From contig CAZMOL010000003.1 of assembly GCA_964568045.1 (NCBI GenBank), forward strand, positions 1 to 45,015: a stretch of DNA of 45,015 nt, written 5' to 3'. Under the pieces are notes generated by a model. It was not told the DNA's origin. It worked only from the letters and a program-made list of their open reading frames with translations, and ran no database searches. Of the stretch, positions 11,198 to 21,182 are shown piece after piece. Source of the DNA: an uncultured Thermotogae bacterium. GTDB taxonomy: Bacteria; Bipolaricaulota; Bipolaricaulia; UBA7950; UBA9294. Positions within the stretch are counted from its first letter, which is position 1, and each line of letters opens with the position of its first letter. The translations under genes were made by a program, and so were the position numbers.

Positions 11198-11244
11198 ACC
11201 GTATCAGCTGTTATGAGAGATGCAAACTGTCAAAAGGAGGAGCT

Positions 11245-11511
11245 GTGGCAGAGAATGTACAACAAAGCGAAGAGCGTGTGGTGAAGACTATCGACAAGGG
11301 GCTCGGCGGTAGGATCTATGTTCGGCTTTCTCGCTTCCGCGAACGTGACTACCTGGATATTCGCAATTTCTACGAGACGGATGATGGAGAATGGAAGCCT
11401 ACTCGAAAAGGAATCGCCATTCCGGTTGAGCTTTTTGGAGAATTGATGGCAGCGCTCAACGAGGCCGAACCGCTGATCGCCGAACGTTCACAAGGAACAG
11501 CCACTTCGTAG
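11245..11511 (+). CDS. PC4/YdbC-family ssDNA-binding protein (transcriptional coactivator p15 fold)
   Basis: AGGAGG RBS; F....YLDIR.FY...GEWKPTRKGIAI motif. Confidence 0.85.
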   Translation: MAENVQQSEERVVKTIDKGLGGRIYVRLSRFRERDYLDIRNFYETDDGEWKPTRKGIAIPVELFGELMAALNEAEPLIAERSQGTATS

Positions 11512-11538
11512 TACGCTTGCTCCATAGTGGCGCCCCCC

Positions 11539-11567
11539 TTGACAAGTCGAAACTTTCTCACTATGAT
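11539..11567 (+). promoter_or_regulatory. Sigma70 promoter of the aromatic supraoperon
   Basis: TTGACA-17 bp-TATGAT; predicted transcription start ~11574. Confidence 0.75.
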
Positions 11568-11576
11568 GAAGACAAG

Positions 11577-11678
11577 ATGATAGGAGCAATAGGGAGTTCC
11601 ACGACTAAGAGAGCAAGAAACGTTTCCCTGAGTTCCTATTGGTATTTCTTTGGTGCTGGCTTTCCTGTCGCTACCTAG
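11577..11678 (+). CDS. Putative attenuator leader peptide, 33 aa, MIGAIGSSTTKRARNVSLSSYWYFFGAGFPVAT
   Basis: Short ORF immediately after the promoter with consecutive Tyr-Trp-Tyr-Phe-Phe codons (11637-11651), followed by attenuator hairpins. Confidence 0.8.
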   Translation: MIGAIGSSTTKRARNVSLSSYWYFFGAGFPVAT

Positions 11679-11721
11679 TCACTAGCTGGGTAACAAGAAC
11701 CGGAAAGCCAGGTGATGACTA
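11656..11721 (+). promoter_or_regulatory. Attenuator protector and antiterminator helices
   Basis: ctggctttcc (11656-65) pairs with ggaaagccag (11702-11); alternatively tagtcactagctgg (11676-89) pairs with ccaggtgatgacta (11708-21), 12/14 pairs including G-U, overlapping the terminator left arm. Confidence 0.7.
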
Positions 11722-11748
11722 CAGGCAATGCCTGTGGTCTTTCTTTTT
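11717..11748 (+). terminator. Intrinsic attenuator terminator upstream of aroH
   Basis: gactacaggc-aat-gcctgtggtc stem followed by tttcttttt. Confidence 0.85.
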
Positions 11749-11798
11749 GGGATGTGCAACGCGCTAACCCGAGCACAGCGAGGAGGTTATCAAAGCCG

Positions 11799-12191
11799 AT
11801 GAAACGAAGGACGACGATGCGGTGTTGCGGCATTCGCGGCGCCACTAGAGTGGACGCCAACGATTCGGATGCGATCATCCGCGCAACACGCGAGTTACTG
11901 GAGCGCATTGTCGCAGCGAATGACCTACAGGTTGAAGATGTGGCCAGCGTGCTGTTCACCGCCACACCTGATCTTGACGCAGCCTACCCAGCCCGCGCCG
12001 CACACGAGATGGGATGGGTAAACACCCCTCTTCTGTGTCTACAGGAGATGGTCGTAACAGACAGTCTGCCGCACTGCATCAGGGTGTTGGTCCTCTGGAA
12101 TACGACCCGGTGTTCCGAGCAAATCCAACACGTCTACCTCGGTGATGCCAGTGCGCTGCGTCCCGATCTGGTGAAGGAGGACAAGACATGA
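11799..12191 (+). CDS. aroH: Chorismate mutase, AroH class
   Basis: [40 protein letters not shown]; ATG 11799 after AGGAGGT (alternative 11817). Confidence 0.93.
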   Translation: MKRRTTMRCCGIRGATRVDANDSDAIIRATRELLERIVAANDLQVEDVASVLFTATPDLDAAYPARAAHEMGWVNTPLLCLQEMVVTDSLPHCIRVLVLWNTTRCSEQIQHVYLGDASALRPDLVKEDKT

Positions 12192-13066
12192 CCAAAGTAG
12201 CCTTCCAGGGCGTCTCCGGGGCCTACTCGGAGGAAGCCATCTGCCAGTTTTTTGGCTCGCAAGTGGCGCATCTACCCTGCAAGACGTTTGCGGATGCCTT
12301 CCACGCCGTGGAACGCGGCGAGGCCGAATTTGCGATGCTCCCCGTGGAAAACGCGGTCGCCGGCTCCGTGAATCAGTCCTACGAGCTGCTGATGGAGCAC
12401 GATCTGCGCATCTACGCCGAGGTCATCCTGCGGGTGCGACACATGCTGCTTTCCATCCCTGGTTCGGCTCTTTCCGAAGTGAAGCGCGTACGATCACACC
12501 CGCAGGCGTTGGCACAGTGCCAACGCTATCTCGCCAATCGCAGCTTGTCACCGCAGACTGCGATTGACACGGCGGCCAGTGCGCGCGATCTCGCCGCCAA
12601 TCCGGAGGCCGGCACAGCCGTCATCGCCAGTAGGTTAGCCGCCGAGCTGTACGGACTCGAAATCGTCGATGCGGGCATTGAGGACTACCCCTTCAACTAC
12701 ACTCGGTTCTTTGTACTCTCACTGAATGAGCCGACTCGGACACAGCGATCCAAGACGTCGCTTGTCTTCACCACCCCGCATCAGCCGGGCGCACTCTATG
12801 CGTGCATAGGAGAGCTGACCAAGCGGGGGGTCAATCTCACCAAGATCGAATCACGACCGCGTCTCAATCGACCCTGGCAGTACCTGTTCTATCTGGACTT
12901 TGAAGGACACTGTCAGGACCCGGAGTGCGAAGCGGCAATCATGGGCCTGCTTCGCCGCTCCTCGTTTGTCAAGCTGCTGGGATCCTATCCCGCGGCTACA
13001 ACGCCGATCATCGAGGAAGACACGGCTGAATTGGACGACCCCAAGGGTCAGGAGGTGGCCCAGTGA
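12188..13066 (+). CDS. pheA: Prephenate dehydratase with ACT domain
   Basis: [36 protein letters not shown]. Confidence 0.95.
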   Translation: MTKVAFQGVSGAYSEEAICQFFGSQVAHLPCKTFADAFHAVERGEAEFAMLPVENAVAGSVNQSYELLMEHDLRIYAEVILRVRHMLLSIPGSALSEVKRVRSHPQALAQCQRYLANRSLSPQTAIDTAASARDLAANPEAGTAVIASRLAAELYGLEIVDAGIEDYPFNYTRFFVLSLNEPTRTQRSKTSLVFTTPHQPGALYACIGELTKRGVNLTKIESRPRLNRPWQYLFYLDFEGHCQDPECEAAIMGLLRRSSFVKLLGSYPAATTPIIEEDTAELDDPKGQEVAQ

Positions 13067-14076
13067 TGATCGTAATGAAGAAGGACGCAACCACTTCCCA
13101 AGTGGCCAACGTCACTGCCAGAATCGAGCAGATGGGTTGTCAAGCTCACATTTCCCAGGGTGAAGAACGGACCATCATCGGCATCATCGGGAGCGGCCGC
13201 CCCCTCGATCACGAGCTGATCGAGCAGTTGGACGGCGTAGAGAAGACGATGCCCATCTTGAAACCGTTCAAGCGTGCCAGCCGGGAATTCCACCCTCAAG
13301 ACACCGTTGTTTCGACCAACGGCGTTACGATCGGCGGCCGTCAGCTGGTGGTCATCGCCGGTCCCTGTGCCGTGGAGAGCCTCGATCAAATGTTGGAAAT
13401 CGCCCACGCGGTGAAAGAACAAGGCGCGCAACTGCTGCGCGGCGGCGCGTTCAAGCCGCGTACGTCTCCGTACAGCTTCCAAGGACTGGGCGAAGAAGGA
13501 TTGCGCATCCTGGGGAAGGTGCGCCAAGACACGGGACTCGGAGTGGTCACCGAGGTCATGGACCCCGAGATGGTGCCGCTTGTCACGACGTACGCCGATG
13601 TTCTCCAGGTCGGTGCACGCAACATGCAGAACTTCGCGCTGTTGCACGCGATCGGCAAGGCCCATCGGCCGGTCCTACTGAAGCGAGGAATGATGTCGAC
13701 GATGGAGGAGTTGCTGATGGCCGCGGAATACATCCTCTCGCACGGAAACGATAGGATCATCCTGTGCGAACGGGGAATCCGAACATTCGAGACCTACACC
13801 CGCAACACGCTCGACATCGCCGCCGTCCCTCTACTCAAGCAACTCAGCCACCTGCCCGTCATCGTGGACCCGAGTCACGGAACCGGAAAGTGGGAACTGG
13901 TGGAACCGGTCTCCCGGGCAGCGATCGCTGCCGGCGCCGATGGATTGATTGTGGAGGTGCACACGCATCCCGAAGCGGCCCTATCCGACGGAGCGCAGTC
14001 CCTCAAGCCAGACCGCTTTGCCACAATGATGCAGAACCTCGGTCGCATCGCGGAGGCGGTGGGAAGGACGCTGTGA
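13063..14076 (+). CDS. aroF: DAHP synthase, type I-beta, with N-terminal regulatory domain
   Basis: [46 protein letters not shown]. Confidence 0.95.
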   Translation: MMIVMKKDATTSQVANVTARIEQMGCQAHISQGEERTIIGIIGSGRPLDHELIEQLDGVEKTMPILKPFKRASREFHPQDTVVSTNGVTIGGRQLVVIAGPCAVESLDQMLEIAHAVKEQGAQLLRGGAFKPRTSPYSFQGLGEEGLRILGKVRQDTGLGVVTEVMDPEMVPLVTTYADVLQVGARNMQNFALLHAIGKAHRPVLLKRGMMSTMEELLMAAEYILSHGNDRIILCERGIRTFETYTRNTLDIAAVPLLKQLSHLPVIVDPSHGTGKWELVEPVSRAAIAAGADGLIVEVHTHPEAALSDGAQSLKPDRFATMMQNLGRIAEAVGRTL

Positions 14077-14933
14077 ACCGACTGGCGGACGCACAAATCA
14101 CAATTATTGGCCTTGGACTGATGGGAGGCTCGCTGGCCGGAGCCCTCCGCGGACGTTGCCGCACAGTGATCGGCGTGGCGCGCCGTGCGGAGACGGTTGA
14201 GACAGCACTCGAATGCGGCCTGATCGATCGAGGAACGACCGATGTGTCAAGTGGTGTTCACCAAGCAGACATCGTCGTTCTGGCCACACCGGTACGCGTC
14301 ATCCTGCAGCAATTGGCCGACATTGGGCCGCTGTTGCCCCAAGGAAGCTTGGTGATGGATCTCGGCAGCACCAAGACACAAATCGTCAGCGCGATGGCAC
14401 GCCTGCCCGACCACGTCCAGCCGCTGGGTGGACATCCGATGTGTGGTAGGGAGGTCTCGGGAATCGAGGAGGCAGATCCAGCACTCTACCGGGGCTGTAC
14501 CTTCATCCTCACACCGCTTGAACGCACCTCCGCGGCGGCTCTGGCGCTGGGCTGTACCCTCGCCGAAGCAATCGGCGCGCATCCACTCGTGCTCGAACCG
14601 GGACGGCAGGACTTCCTGGCCGGCACACTCAGCCACCTGCCGTACCTGTTGGCCTGTGCGCTCGTCGGCACGGCCGATGCCACGACCTCCGCCGACCCGG
14701 CGGCGTGGGAGATCGTTGCGAGCGGGTTCCGCGACACGTCGCGGCTTGCAGGCAGTGACGTGTCAATGATGATCGACATCCTCCTGACCAACCGCGAAGA
14801 GATTCTCAAAGCCCTCGCGAACTACCAGGACCAACTGCACGGTTTGGCCCGTCTTGTGAAGACGAGTGACGAAGACAGAATGCGGGCAGTGCTCGGCACG
14901 TTTCGGGACAAACGAAGGGAGATGTTCCCGTGA
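14073..14933 (+). CDS. tyrA: Prephenate/arogenate dehydrogenase (TyrA family)
   Basis: GTG overlaps the aroF stop; [34 protein letters not shown]. Confidence 0.92.
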   Translation: MNRLADAQITIIGLGLMGGSLAGALRGRCRTVIGVARRAETVETALECGLIDRGTTDVSSGVHQADIVVLATPVRVILQQLADIGPLLPQGSLVMDLGSTKTQIVSAMARLPDHVQPLGGHPMCGREVSGIEEADPALYRGCTFILTPLERTSAAALALGCTLAEAIGAHPLVLEPGRQDFLAGTLSHLPYLLACALVGTADATTSADPAAWEIVASGFRDTSRLAGSDVSMMIDILLTNREEILKALANYQDQLHGLARLVKTSDEDRMRAVLGTFRDKRREMFP

Positions 14934-16219
14934 GCCGATTGACCGTGTCCCCCAACGCAGCGTTGCGCGGGTGCGTCACCGTACCCGGCGACAAATCGAT
15001 CTCCCATCGGGCGTTGCTGCTCGGAGCGTTGGCCGAAGGATCCAGCCACATCACCGGCTTTCTCCCCTCCGGTGACTGCCGCGCCACCCTGGGCTGCCTT
15101 CGAGTACTCGGTGTCAGAATTAAAACCCACAACGCGACCACACTGACCGTGCACGGTCGTGGGCCGGGAGGCCTTGAGGCGCCGGCGGCACCGCTTGACT
15201 GCGTCCGTTCGGGGACGACGATGCGGCTGTTGACCGGCGTGTTGGCAGGACAACCGTTCACAAGCACGCTCAGAGGAGACCAGCAGCTGCTCCTCCGGCC
15301 GATGGGCCGTGTCGTCGAGCCGCTGCGTCGTATGGGAGCCAACATCGAGGACACCGCCGGTCACGCTCCCCTTATCGTGAACGGCCGCCCGCTGCACGGC
15401 ACAATCCATGAACTCAGCGTAGCCAGTGCTCAGGTGAAGAGCGCAATCCTGTTGGCCGGGCTGACCGCCGAGGGCTCAACGAGCGTTTGTCAGCCAGGAC
15501 CGGCACGTGATCACACCGAACGGATGCTCGCTGCAATGGGTGCCGACATCCGGATCTCGGGTCTCACGGTGACACTGCACCCGGCTTCGCGCCTTGCTCC
15601 CCTCTCCCTGACGATCCCCGGCGACGTCTCCTCGGCCGCGTTTCTCCTGGTCGCCGCAGCGCTTGTTCCCGACTCGGCGGTCACTGTCACTGGAGTCGGG
15701 ATCAACCCCACTCGGACCGGGTTGCTCGATGTTCTGCGCGCGATGGGAACCGATATATCCGTGAGCAACCAGCACAGCGCGTGCGGGGAAACAGTGGGCG
15801 ACGTCACGACACGTACTTCCGACCTGCGGGGAGTGACGATCGAAGGCGACACGGTGGTGCGGATGATCGACGAGTTTCCGGTCTTGGCCGTGGCGGCCAC
15901 ACAGGCACACGGCACGACCGTGGTCCGTGATGCGGCCGAGCTACGGGTAAAGGAGACCGACCGTATCGAGGCGGTGGTACAGGAATTGGGCGCCCTGGGA
16001 GCGCACATCGAGCCGCGAGAAGATGGGTTTGTGGTGGAAGGCCCCACGCCGCTTCGCGGCGGGAGGGCCCACTCCCATGGGGATCACCGGCTGGCAATGG
16101 CATTGGCCGTTGCCGGATTGGTCGCCGATGGAGACGTGATCATTCACGATGTGGATTGCGTCGAGGATTCCTTCCCCGGCTTTGTGGAGCGGATGCAGGC
16201 GATAGGAGCTAGAGTGTGA
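14930..16219 (+). CDS. aroA: EPSP synthase
   Basis: PGDKSISHRA, SAQVKSA, RDHTERML, IDEFP, ELRVKETDRI, DHRLAM. Confidence 0.97.
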   Translation: MSRLTVSPNAALRGCVTVPGDKSISHRALLLGALAEGSSHITGFLPSGDCRATLGCLRVLGVRIKTHNATTLTVHGRGPGGLEAPAAPLDCVRSGTTMRLLTGVLAGQPFTSTLRGDQQLLLRPMGRVVEPLRRMGANIEDTAGHAPLIVNGRPLHGTIHELSVASAQVKSAILLAGLTAEGSTSVCQPGPARDHTERMLAAMGADIRISGLTVTLHPASRLAPLSLTIPGDVSSAAFLLVAAALVPDSAVTVTGVGINPTRTGLLDVLRAMGTDISVSNQHSACGETVGDVTTRTSDLRGVTIEGDTVVRMIDEFPVLAVAATQAHGTTVVRDAAELRVKETDRIEAVVQELGALGAHIEPREDGFVVEGPTPLRGGRAHSHGDHRLAMALAVAGLVADGDVIIHDVDCVEDSFPGFVERMQAIGARV

Positions 16220-17109
16220 TTGATGGAAAGACACAGCTTGTTGGGTTAATCGGCTGGCCTGTGGCGCACAGCCTGTCCCCGGTGATGCACAACGCCGCGT
16301 TCGACGCCCTTGGACTCAACTGGCGCTACGTTCCTCTACCCGTACCGCCGGACCGGCTTGAAACATCCGTGCGCGGTCTGGCCGCATTGGGCTTCCGGGG
16401 GGTCAACGTCACCGTGCCACATAAGCAGGCCGCAATACCCCTGCTTGATTCCGTGGCTCCCGACGCTTCTTTATTTGGGGCGGTCAATACGCTCGTGATC
16501 GATCGTGCCCAAAGTGGGGAAGTGACGATCAGTGGCTACAACACAGATCACAGAGGCTTTGTCACATCGCTGCGGCAGAGCGGCTTCGACCCTGAAGGGA
16601 AAAAGGCCGTCGTTTTGGGCGCTGGTGGTGGAGGACGCGCGGTGGTCTTCGGCCTGCTTGAGGCAGAGGCTGTGGAGATTGTGGTGCTCGACAGTGACCC
16701 TGAGAAGGCGCAGGCGCTCATCGATGATTTGTGCGGTCAAGAGTCGCGCCGACTGCGCACGAGACCGCTGACGCAAGAGGCGTTGTTCGAATCCACCCAC
16801 GCTGCTGACCTGTTTGTTCACGCGACTCCCGTCGGGATGTGGCCTCACACCGAGGGATGCATCTGGCCCGAGGAGCTGCCTTTCCCTGCCCATCTCATCG
16901 CTTTTGACCTCGTCTATAACCCGTTGCAAACGAACTTCCTGCGGCGTGCCCGGGAGGCAGGAGCGCCTACGATTGACGGACTGGGCATGCTGGTGGCCCA
17001 GGGAGCACTGTCGTTTGAGCTGTGGACAGGAGAAACGGCGCCGATTGAGGTCATGCGCACCGCCGGCGAACGGGCACTTCAAGAAAGATCTCACCAGGAG
17101 CGCCCATGA
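16216..17109 (+). CDS. aroE: Shikimate dehydrogenase
   Basis: G.PVAHSLSP.MHN, NVTVPHK, GAVNT, NTD, GAGG, DLVYNP, GLGMLVAQG. Confidence 0.95.
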   Translation: MIDGKTQLVGLIGWPVAHSLSPVMHNAAFDALGLNWRYVPLPVPPDRLETSVRGLAALGFRGVNVTVPHKQAAIPLLDSVAPDASLFGAVNTLVIDRAQSGEVTISGYNTDHRGFVTSLRQSGFDPEGKKAVVLGAGGGGRAVVFGLLEAEAVEIVVLDSDPEKAQALIDDLCGQESRRLRTRPLTQEALFESTHAADLFVHATPVGMWPHTEGCIWPEELPFPAHLIAFDLVYNPLQTNFLRRAREAGAPTIDGLGMLVAQGALSFELWTGETAPIEVMRTAGERALQERSHQERP

Positions 17110-17183
17110 GATACCGAGTATCGGTCACGTATATCGTAGCATTCGTGGCTTGGCAATCATCCCTGTGGTGGCGTGGCTTCTAG
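17106..17183 (+). CDS. trpL: Putative internal trp leader peptide, 25 aa, MRYRVSVTYIVAFVAWQSSLWWRGF
   Basis: ATG overlaps the aroE TGA (ATGA), CAGGAG RBS 5 bp upstream, Trp at codon 16 and tandem Trp at 21-22 (17166-71), ends 52 bp before trpE. Confidence 0.75.
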   Translation: MRYRVSVTYIVAFVAWQSSLWWRGF

Positions 17184-17235
17184 CTACGTCCTTAGTAGTT
17201 CAGCTGCCACCACCAAATTGCTCAGGAGGTCAACC

Positions 17236-18777
17236 ATGTATTACCCCACAGTGGATGAAATGAAAGAACTGGCCGAGAAAGGGAATCTGATCCCAGTCTA
17301 CAGAGAAATGCCCGCGGATCTGGATACACCTGTCTCGGTGTACCTCAAGCTGCGACAGGAGAGCCCGTCGTTCTTGCTCGAGAGCGTGGAAAAGGGCGAG
17401 CAGCTTGGCCGCTATTCGTTCCTCGGCGTCGAGCCGGCCGGAGTTCTCACTGCCTCTTCCGGGAAGGTCACTTGGAAAGCAGGTGATTCCGTCAGACAGC
17501 TCGATCCGCCCGGCGGTGATCCCCTGTCAGCAATGAAGCAGCTTCTCGCGCAGTACCGACCGGTACCGGTGGAGGGGTTGCCCGGATTCTGCGGAGGGTT
17601 CGTCGGCTACTTGAGCTACGACGCTGTTCGCTTCTTTGAACGGGCGCCGCTTGCTCCCCAATCGGATCTGGATCTTCCCGATGCCGTTTTCATGTTGGCC
17701 GATAGCCTGGTCATATACGATCACGTCAAGCACCGTTCACTGGTAGTGGTCAATGCGCACGTTGACGGCGACGTGGAAGCAGCCTACGAGGAAGCGACGA
17801 GCAAGATCGCGTCGATCATCGCACGGTTGGGGCATGCGCTGCCGACGGCCTCTAAGCGCAGTGATAAGAAGGCGCCCAGTAGCGATACAAAGTGGAGGAC
17901 CAACTGCGATCAAGAACGTTTCGAGGCGGCGGTACTCAGGGCAAAGGAGTACATCGTCGCCGGCGATATCTTCCAGGTGGTTCCCTCACAGCGGCTCACT
18001 CATCGCACGACCGTCGATCCGTTCGCCATCTATCGGAGCCTGCGCATGCTGAACCCTTCTCCCTACATGTTCTATCTCGATCTTCCGGGCCAGTTGCGCG
18101 TGATCGGCTCCTCGCCCGAGATGCTCGTCCGGTTGACGGGCCGGCTGGCGGAGGTGAGACCGATCGCCGGCACTCGGCCACGGGGTGCGACCCACAGCGA
18201 GGATGAGGCGCTGGCCGAGGAACTGCTAGCCGACCCCAAGGAACGTGCCGAGCACGTCATGCTGGTCGACCTGGGGAGAAACGACCTGGGCCGCGTCTGT
18301 CGGTACGGATCGGTGTGTGTCCCTGAGATGATGGTCATCGAGCGCTACTCGCACGTCATGCACATCGTCTCCGGCGTGCAAGGCGAGCTTGATCCCGATG
18401 TTGACGCATTTGACCTCATGCGCGCGGTGTTTCCCGCAGGAACTGTCTCTGGAGCACCGAAGGTGCGAGCGATGGAGATCATCGCCGAATTGGAGGGCGA
18501 ACGGCGAGGGCCGTACGCAGGAGGGGTCGGCTACTTCAGCTACTCGGGAGACATGGATACCTGCATCACCATTCGTACTATCGTGATGCAGGGTGATGCG
18601 GTTCACGTCCAGGCCGGAGCCGGCATCGTCGCCGATTCCGATCCCACGCGCGAATACCACGAAACGCTGCACAAAGCGGAGGCATTGGCCGAGGCGGTAC
18701 GTGTTGCGGAGAGAGACGAGATCGCGTTGGAAGCAGGCACGAAACACAAAGCGCACGCAAAAGGTGGTGCCGCATGA
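17236..18777 (+). CDS. trpE: Anthranilate synthase component I
   Basis: ATG 17236 after AGGAGGT; DTP, FLLES (Trp-feedback motif), NPSPYM, PIAGT, EHVMLVDLGRND, GAPKVRAM. Confidence 0.96.
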   Translation: MYYPTVDEMKELAEKGNLIPVYREMPADLDTPVSVYLKLRQESPSFLLESVEKGEQLGRYSFLGVEPAGVLTASSGKVTWKAGDSVRQLDPPGGDPLSAMKQLLAQYRPVPVEGLPGFCGGFVGYLSYDAVRFFERAPLAPQSDLDLPDAVFMLADSLVIYDHVKHRSLVVVNAHVDGDVEAAYEEATSKIASIIARLGHALPTASKRSDKKAPSSDTKWRTNCDQERFEAAVLRAKEYIVAGDIFQVVPSQRLTHRTTVDPFAIYRSLRMLNPSPYMFYLDLPGQLRVIGSSPEMLVRLTGRLAEVRPIAGTRPRGATHSEDEALAEELLADPKERAEHVMLVDLGRNDLGRVCRYGSVCVPEMMVIERYSHVMHIVSGVQGELDPDVDAFDLMRAVFPAGTVSGAPKVRAMEIIAELEGERRGPYAGGVGYFSYSGDMDTCITIRTIVMQGDAVHVQAGAGIVADSDPTREYHETLHKAEALAEAVRVAERDEIALEAGTKHKAHAKGGAA

Positions 18778-19370
18778 TCGTCGTCATCGACAATTACGAT
18801 TCTTTCACCTACAACTTGGTGCAGTACTTGGGTGAGTTGGGCGCTGAGGTCACGGTCCATCGCAACGACCGGGTAACCATCGATGAATTGGAGACCCTTG
18901 ATCCATCTCACATCGTCATCTCGCCCGGCCCGGGCCGTCCGGAAGACAGCGGTATCTCGCCTGAGGTGATCCGTCACTTCTACAAGGCAGTCCCAATCCT
19001 TGGTGTGTGTTTGGGTCACCAAGCGATCGCGTACGCTTTCGACGGAACCGTCGGCCAGGCACCCACGTTGATGCACGGTAAGACCTCAAAGATCTACCAC
19101 GCCTCGCAGGGGCTCTTCGCGAGTTTCCCCAGTCCGTTCACCGCCACCCGCTATCACTCCCTCATTGTGGAGGAGCCGTTACCAGCGGAGCTTGAAGTGA
19201 CCGCATTCACTACAGCGGGTGAGGTAATGGCGTTGCAGCACCGCCAGCTTCCCGTGTACGGTGTTCAGTTTCATCCTGAATCGATTCTGTCTCCCGACGG
19301 CAAACGACTCTTGAGCCATTTCCTCGCTGCAACCTGCAGTGAACAGAAGGAGTCGGCTTATGGACATTAG
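18774..19370 (+). CDS. trpG: Anthranilate synthase component II (glutamine amidotransferase)
   Basis: IDNYDSFTYNL, SPGPG, GVCLGHQ, RYHSL, QFHPES. Confidence 0.95.
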   Translation: MIVVIDNYDSFTYNLVQYLGELGAEVTVHRNDRVTIDELETLDPSHIVISPGPGRPEDSGISPEVIRHFYKAVPILGVCLGHQAIAYAFDGTVGQAPTLMHGKTSKIYHASQGLFASFPSPFTATRYHSLIVEEPLPAELEVTAFTTAGEVMALQHRQLPVYGVQFHPESILSPDGKRLLSHFLAATCSEQKESAYGH

Positions 19371-20388
19371 AAAAGCACTTGCTCTGCTCATCGAAGGACA
19401 GAATCTGTCTGGGGCCGATGCGGAAGCAGTGATGGAGCAGATCATGACCGGGCAGGCGACCCCCGCTCAAATCGGTGGGCTGTTAACTGCGCTGCGAGCA
19501 AAGAAAGAGACCACAGAAGAGATCACCGGGTTTGCCCGCGCGATGCGACGCAATGCAGTCGCCGTATCGTCACATCGCACCCCGTTGGTCGATGTCTGCG
19601 GCACCGGAGGCGATGGTAGCGGCACGTTCAACATCTCCACTGCTGCCGCTCTTGTCATCGCCGGGGCGGGCCTGGCAGTGGCCAAGCACGGAAATCGTTC
19701 AGTATCCAGCAAGTGCGGAAGTGCGGACGTACTGGAGGCACTGGGAGTTCATTTGACCCTCGCACCGAAGGTCATCGGCGCCTGTATCGATGAGGTAGGA
19801 ATCGGTTTTCTCTACGCGCCGCAGCTCCATCCGGCGATGAAGCACGCCATCGGCCCGCGGCGGGAGATGGGGATACGCACAGTGTTCAACATACTGGGGC
19901 CGCTCACCAATCCGGCCGGAGCGCGCGTGCAGGTGCTCGGGGTATACGACGCCGCACTTACTGAGGTGATGGCACAGGTGCTGCACGCGCTGGGGTGCGA
20001 GGCTGCGTTCGTCGTGCACGGGGGCGGTGGGTTGGACGAGCTGTCAACCATAGGACCGAACAAGATGACCCAGCTGCGTGCCGGAGAGATCCGCACCTTT
20101 ACGTTGGACCCTCAATCCCTTGGATTGCCGCAGGCCACGCTGTCCGATCTGAGGGGAGACGACGCCGGGTCGAACGCCGCCATCATCGGGGACATCCTGA
20201 CCGGTACTCCAGGCCCGAGGAGGGACGTGGTGTTGCTCAATGCCGCCGCCTGTCTGGTTGCAGGCAAGAAAGCAGCCGACCTTGCCGCTGGTTTGACCCT
20301 GGCGGCGGAAAGCATCGACTCGGGAGCGGCAAGAGCCACACTCGACGCTCTGATCGCCTTTTCCAGGAAACGAGGGAGTGCGGCATGA
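19360..20388 (+). CDS. trpD: Anthranilate phosphoribosyltransferase
   Basis: D.CGTGGDG, KHGNR, GSAD.LEALG, RTVFN.LGPL.NP. Confidence 0.96.
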   Translation: MDIRKALALLIEGQNLSGADAEAVMEQIMTGQATPAQIGGLLTALRAKKETTEEITGFARAMRRNAVAVSSHRTPLVDVCGTGGDGSGTFNISTAAALVIAGAGLAVAKHGNRSVSSKCGSADVLEALGVHLTLAPKVIGACIDEVGIGFLYAPQLHPAMKHAIGPRREMGIRTVFNILGPLTNPAGARVQVLGVYDAALTEVMAQVLHALGCEAAFVVHGGGGLDELSTIGPNKMTQLRAGEIRTFTLDPQSLGLPQATLSDLRGDDAGSNAAIIGDILTGTPGPRRDVVLLNAAACLVAGKKAADLAAGLTLAAESIDSGAARATLDALIAFSRKRGSAA

Positions 20389-21182
20389 TCCTCGATGAAA
20401 TCCTGGACCACAAGCAAGCAGAAGTGGCGCTGGCGCGTCAGCAGGTCTCACTGCAGGTACTGAAAGGCCGGACAGCGGCTCAGACCCCCGCGCTCGACTT
20501 CGCCGCTGCCGCGCGGGGGAATGGGGTCTGCCTGATCGCAGAAGTGAAGAAGGCGTCTCCCTCCAAAGGGGTGATGTGCGCTGAGCTGGACCCCGTGGCT
20601 ATCGCCCTCACCTACGCGTCGCACGGAGCGGCTGCCATCTCCGTGCTCACCGACCTGCGTTTCTTCCAAGGCAACCTTCAAAGCCTAACCGCAATTAAGG
20701 AAGCGCTTCAGAAGGAGGGCCGGGTGGTCCCACTATTGCGCAAGGACTTCATCATCGACCCGTATCAGGTCTACGAAAGCCGTGCCGCCGGCGCTGATGC
20801 CCTGCTTCTCATCGCAGCCGCACTCGCCGACGAAGTGCTTGCCGAGCTGCTGGCGTTGACACACAATCTGGGAATGACTGCTCTGGTGGAGGTTCACGAC
20901 GAACAGGAGGTCGGACGAGTGCTCCCACTTCGACCACGCGTTGTGGGGATCAACAACCGCGATCTGTGTGACTTCAGTGTCGACCTAGCCCGCTTTGAAC
21001 GACTCCGCTCCCAACTTCCAGACGATGTCACCGCCGTGGCGGAAAGCGGCATTCAGACTGCCGCCGACGTTCGCCGGTTGGCGAGGATGGGCGCTGATGC
21101 CGTGCTGGTCGGTGAGGCGCTGGTAACGGCACCTGACGTTGGAACAAAGGTTCGGGAACTCGTAGCGGGCGGAGTGTCATGA
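20385..21182 (+). CDS. trpC: Indole-3-glycerol phosphate synthase
   Basis: ATG overlaps the trpD stop; [35 protein letters not shown]. Confidence 0.96.
   Translation: MILDEILDHKQAEVALARQQVSLQVLKGRTAAQTPALDFAAAARGNGVCLIAEVKKASPSKGVMCAELDPVAIALTYASHGAAAISVLTDLRFFQGNLQSLTAIKEALQKEGRVVPLLRKDFIIDPYQVYESRAAGADALLLIAAALADEVLAELLALTHNLGMTALVEVHDEQEVGRVLPLRPRVVGINNRDLCDFSVDLARFERLRSQLPDDVTAVAESGIQTAADVRRLARMGADAVLVGEALVTAPDVGTKVRELVAGGVS

Noticed and set aside
11574-11760. T-box riboswitch or TRAP site as the regulator of the aromatic operon
   Set aside because: No T-box consensus (GGTGGNACCGCG) before the terminator and no regularly spaced (G/T)AG repeat run; the leader-peptide model fits better.
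11712-11798. N-terminal extension of AroH given by the ORF track
   Set aside because: It runs through the terminator hairpin; RBS and homology support a start at 11799 or 11817.
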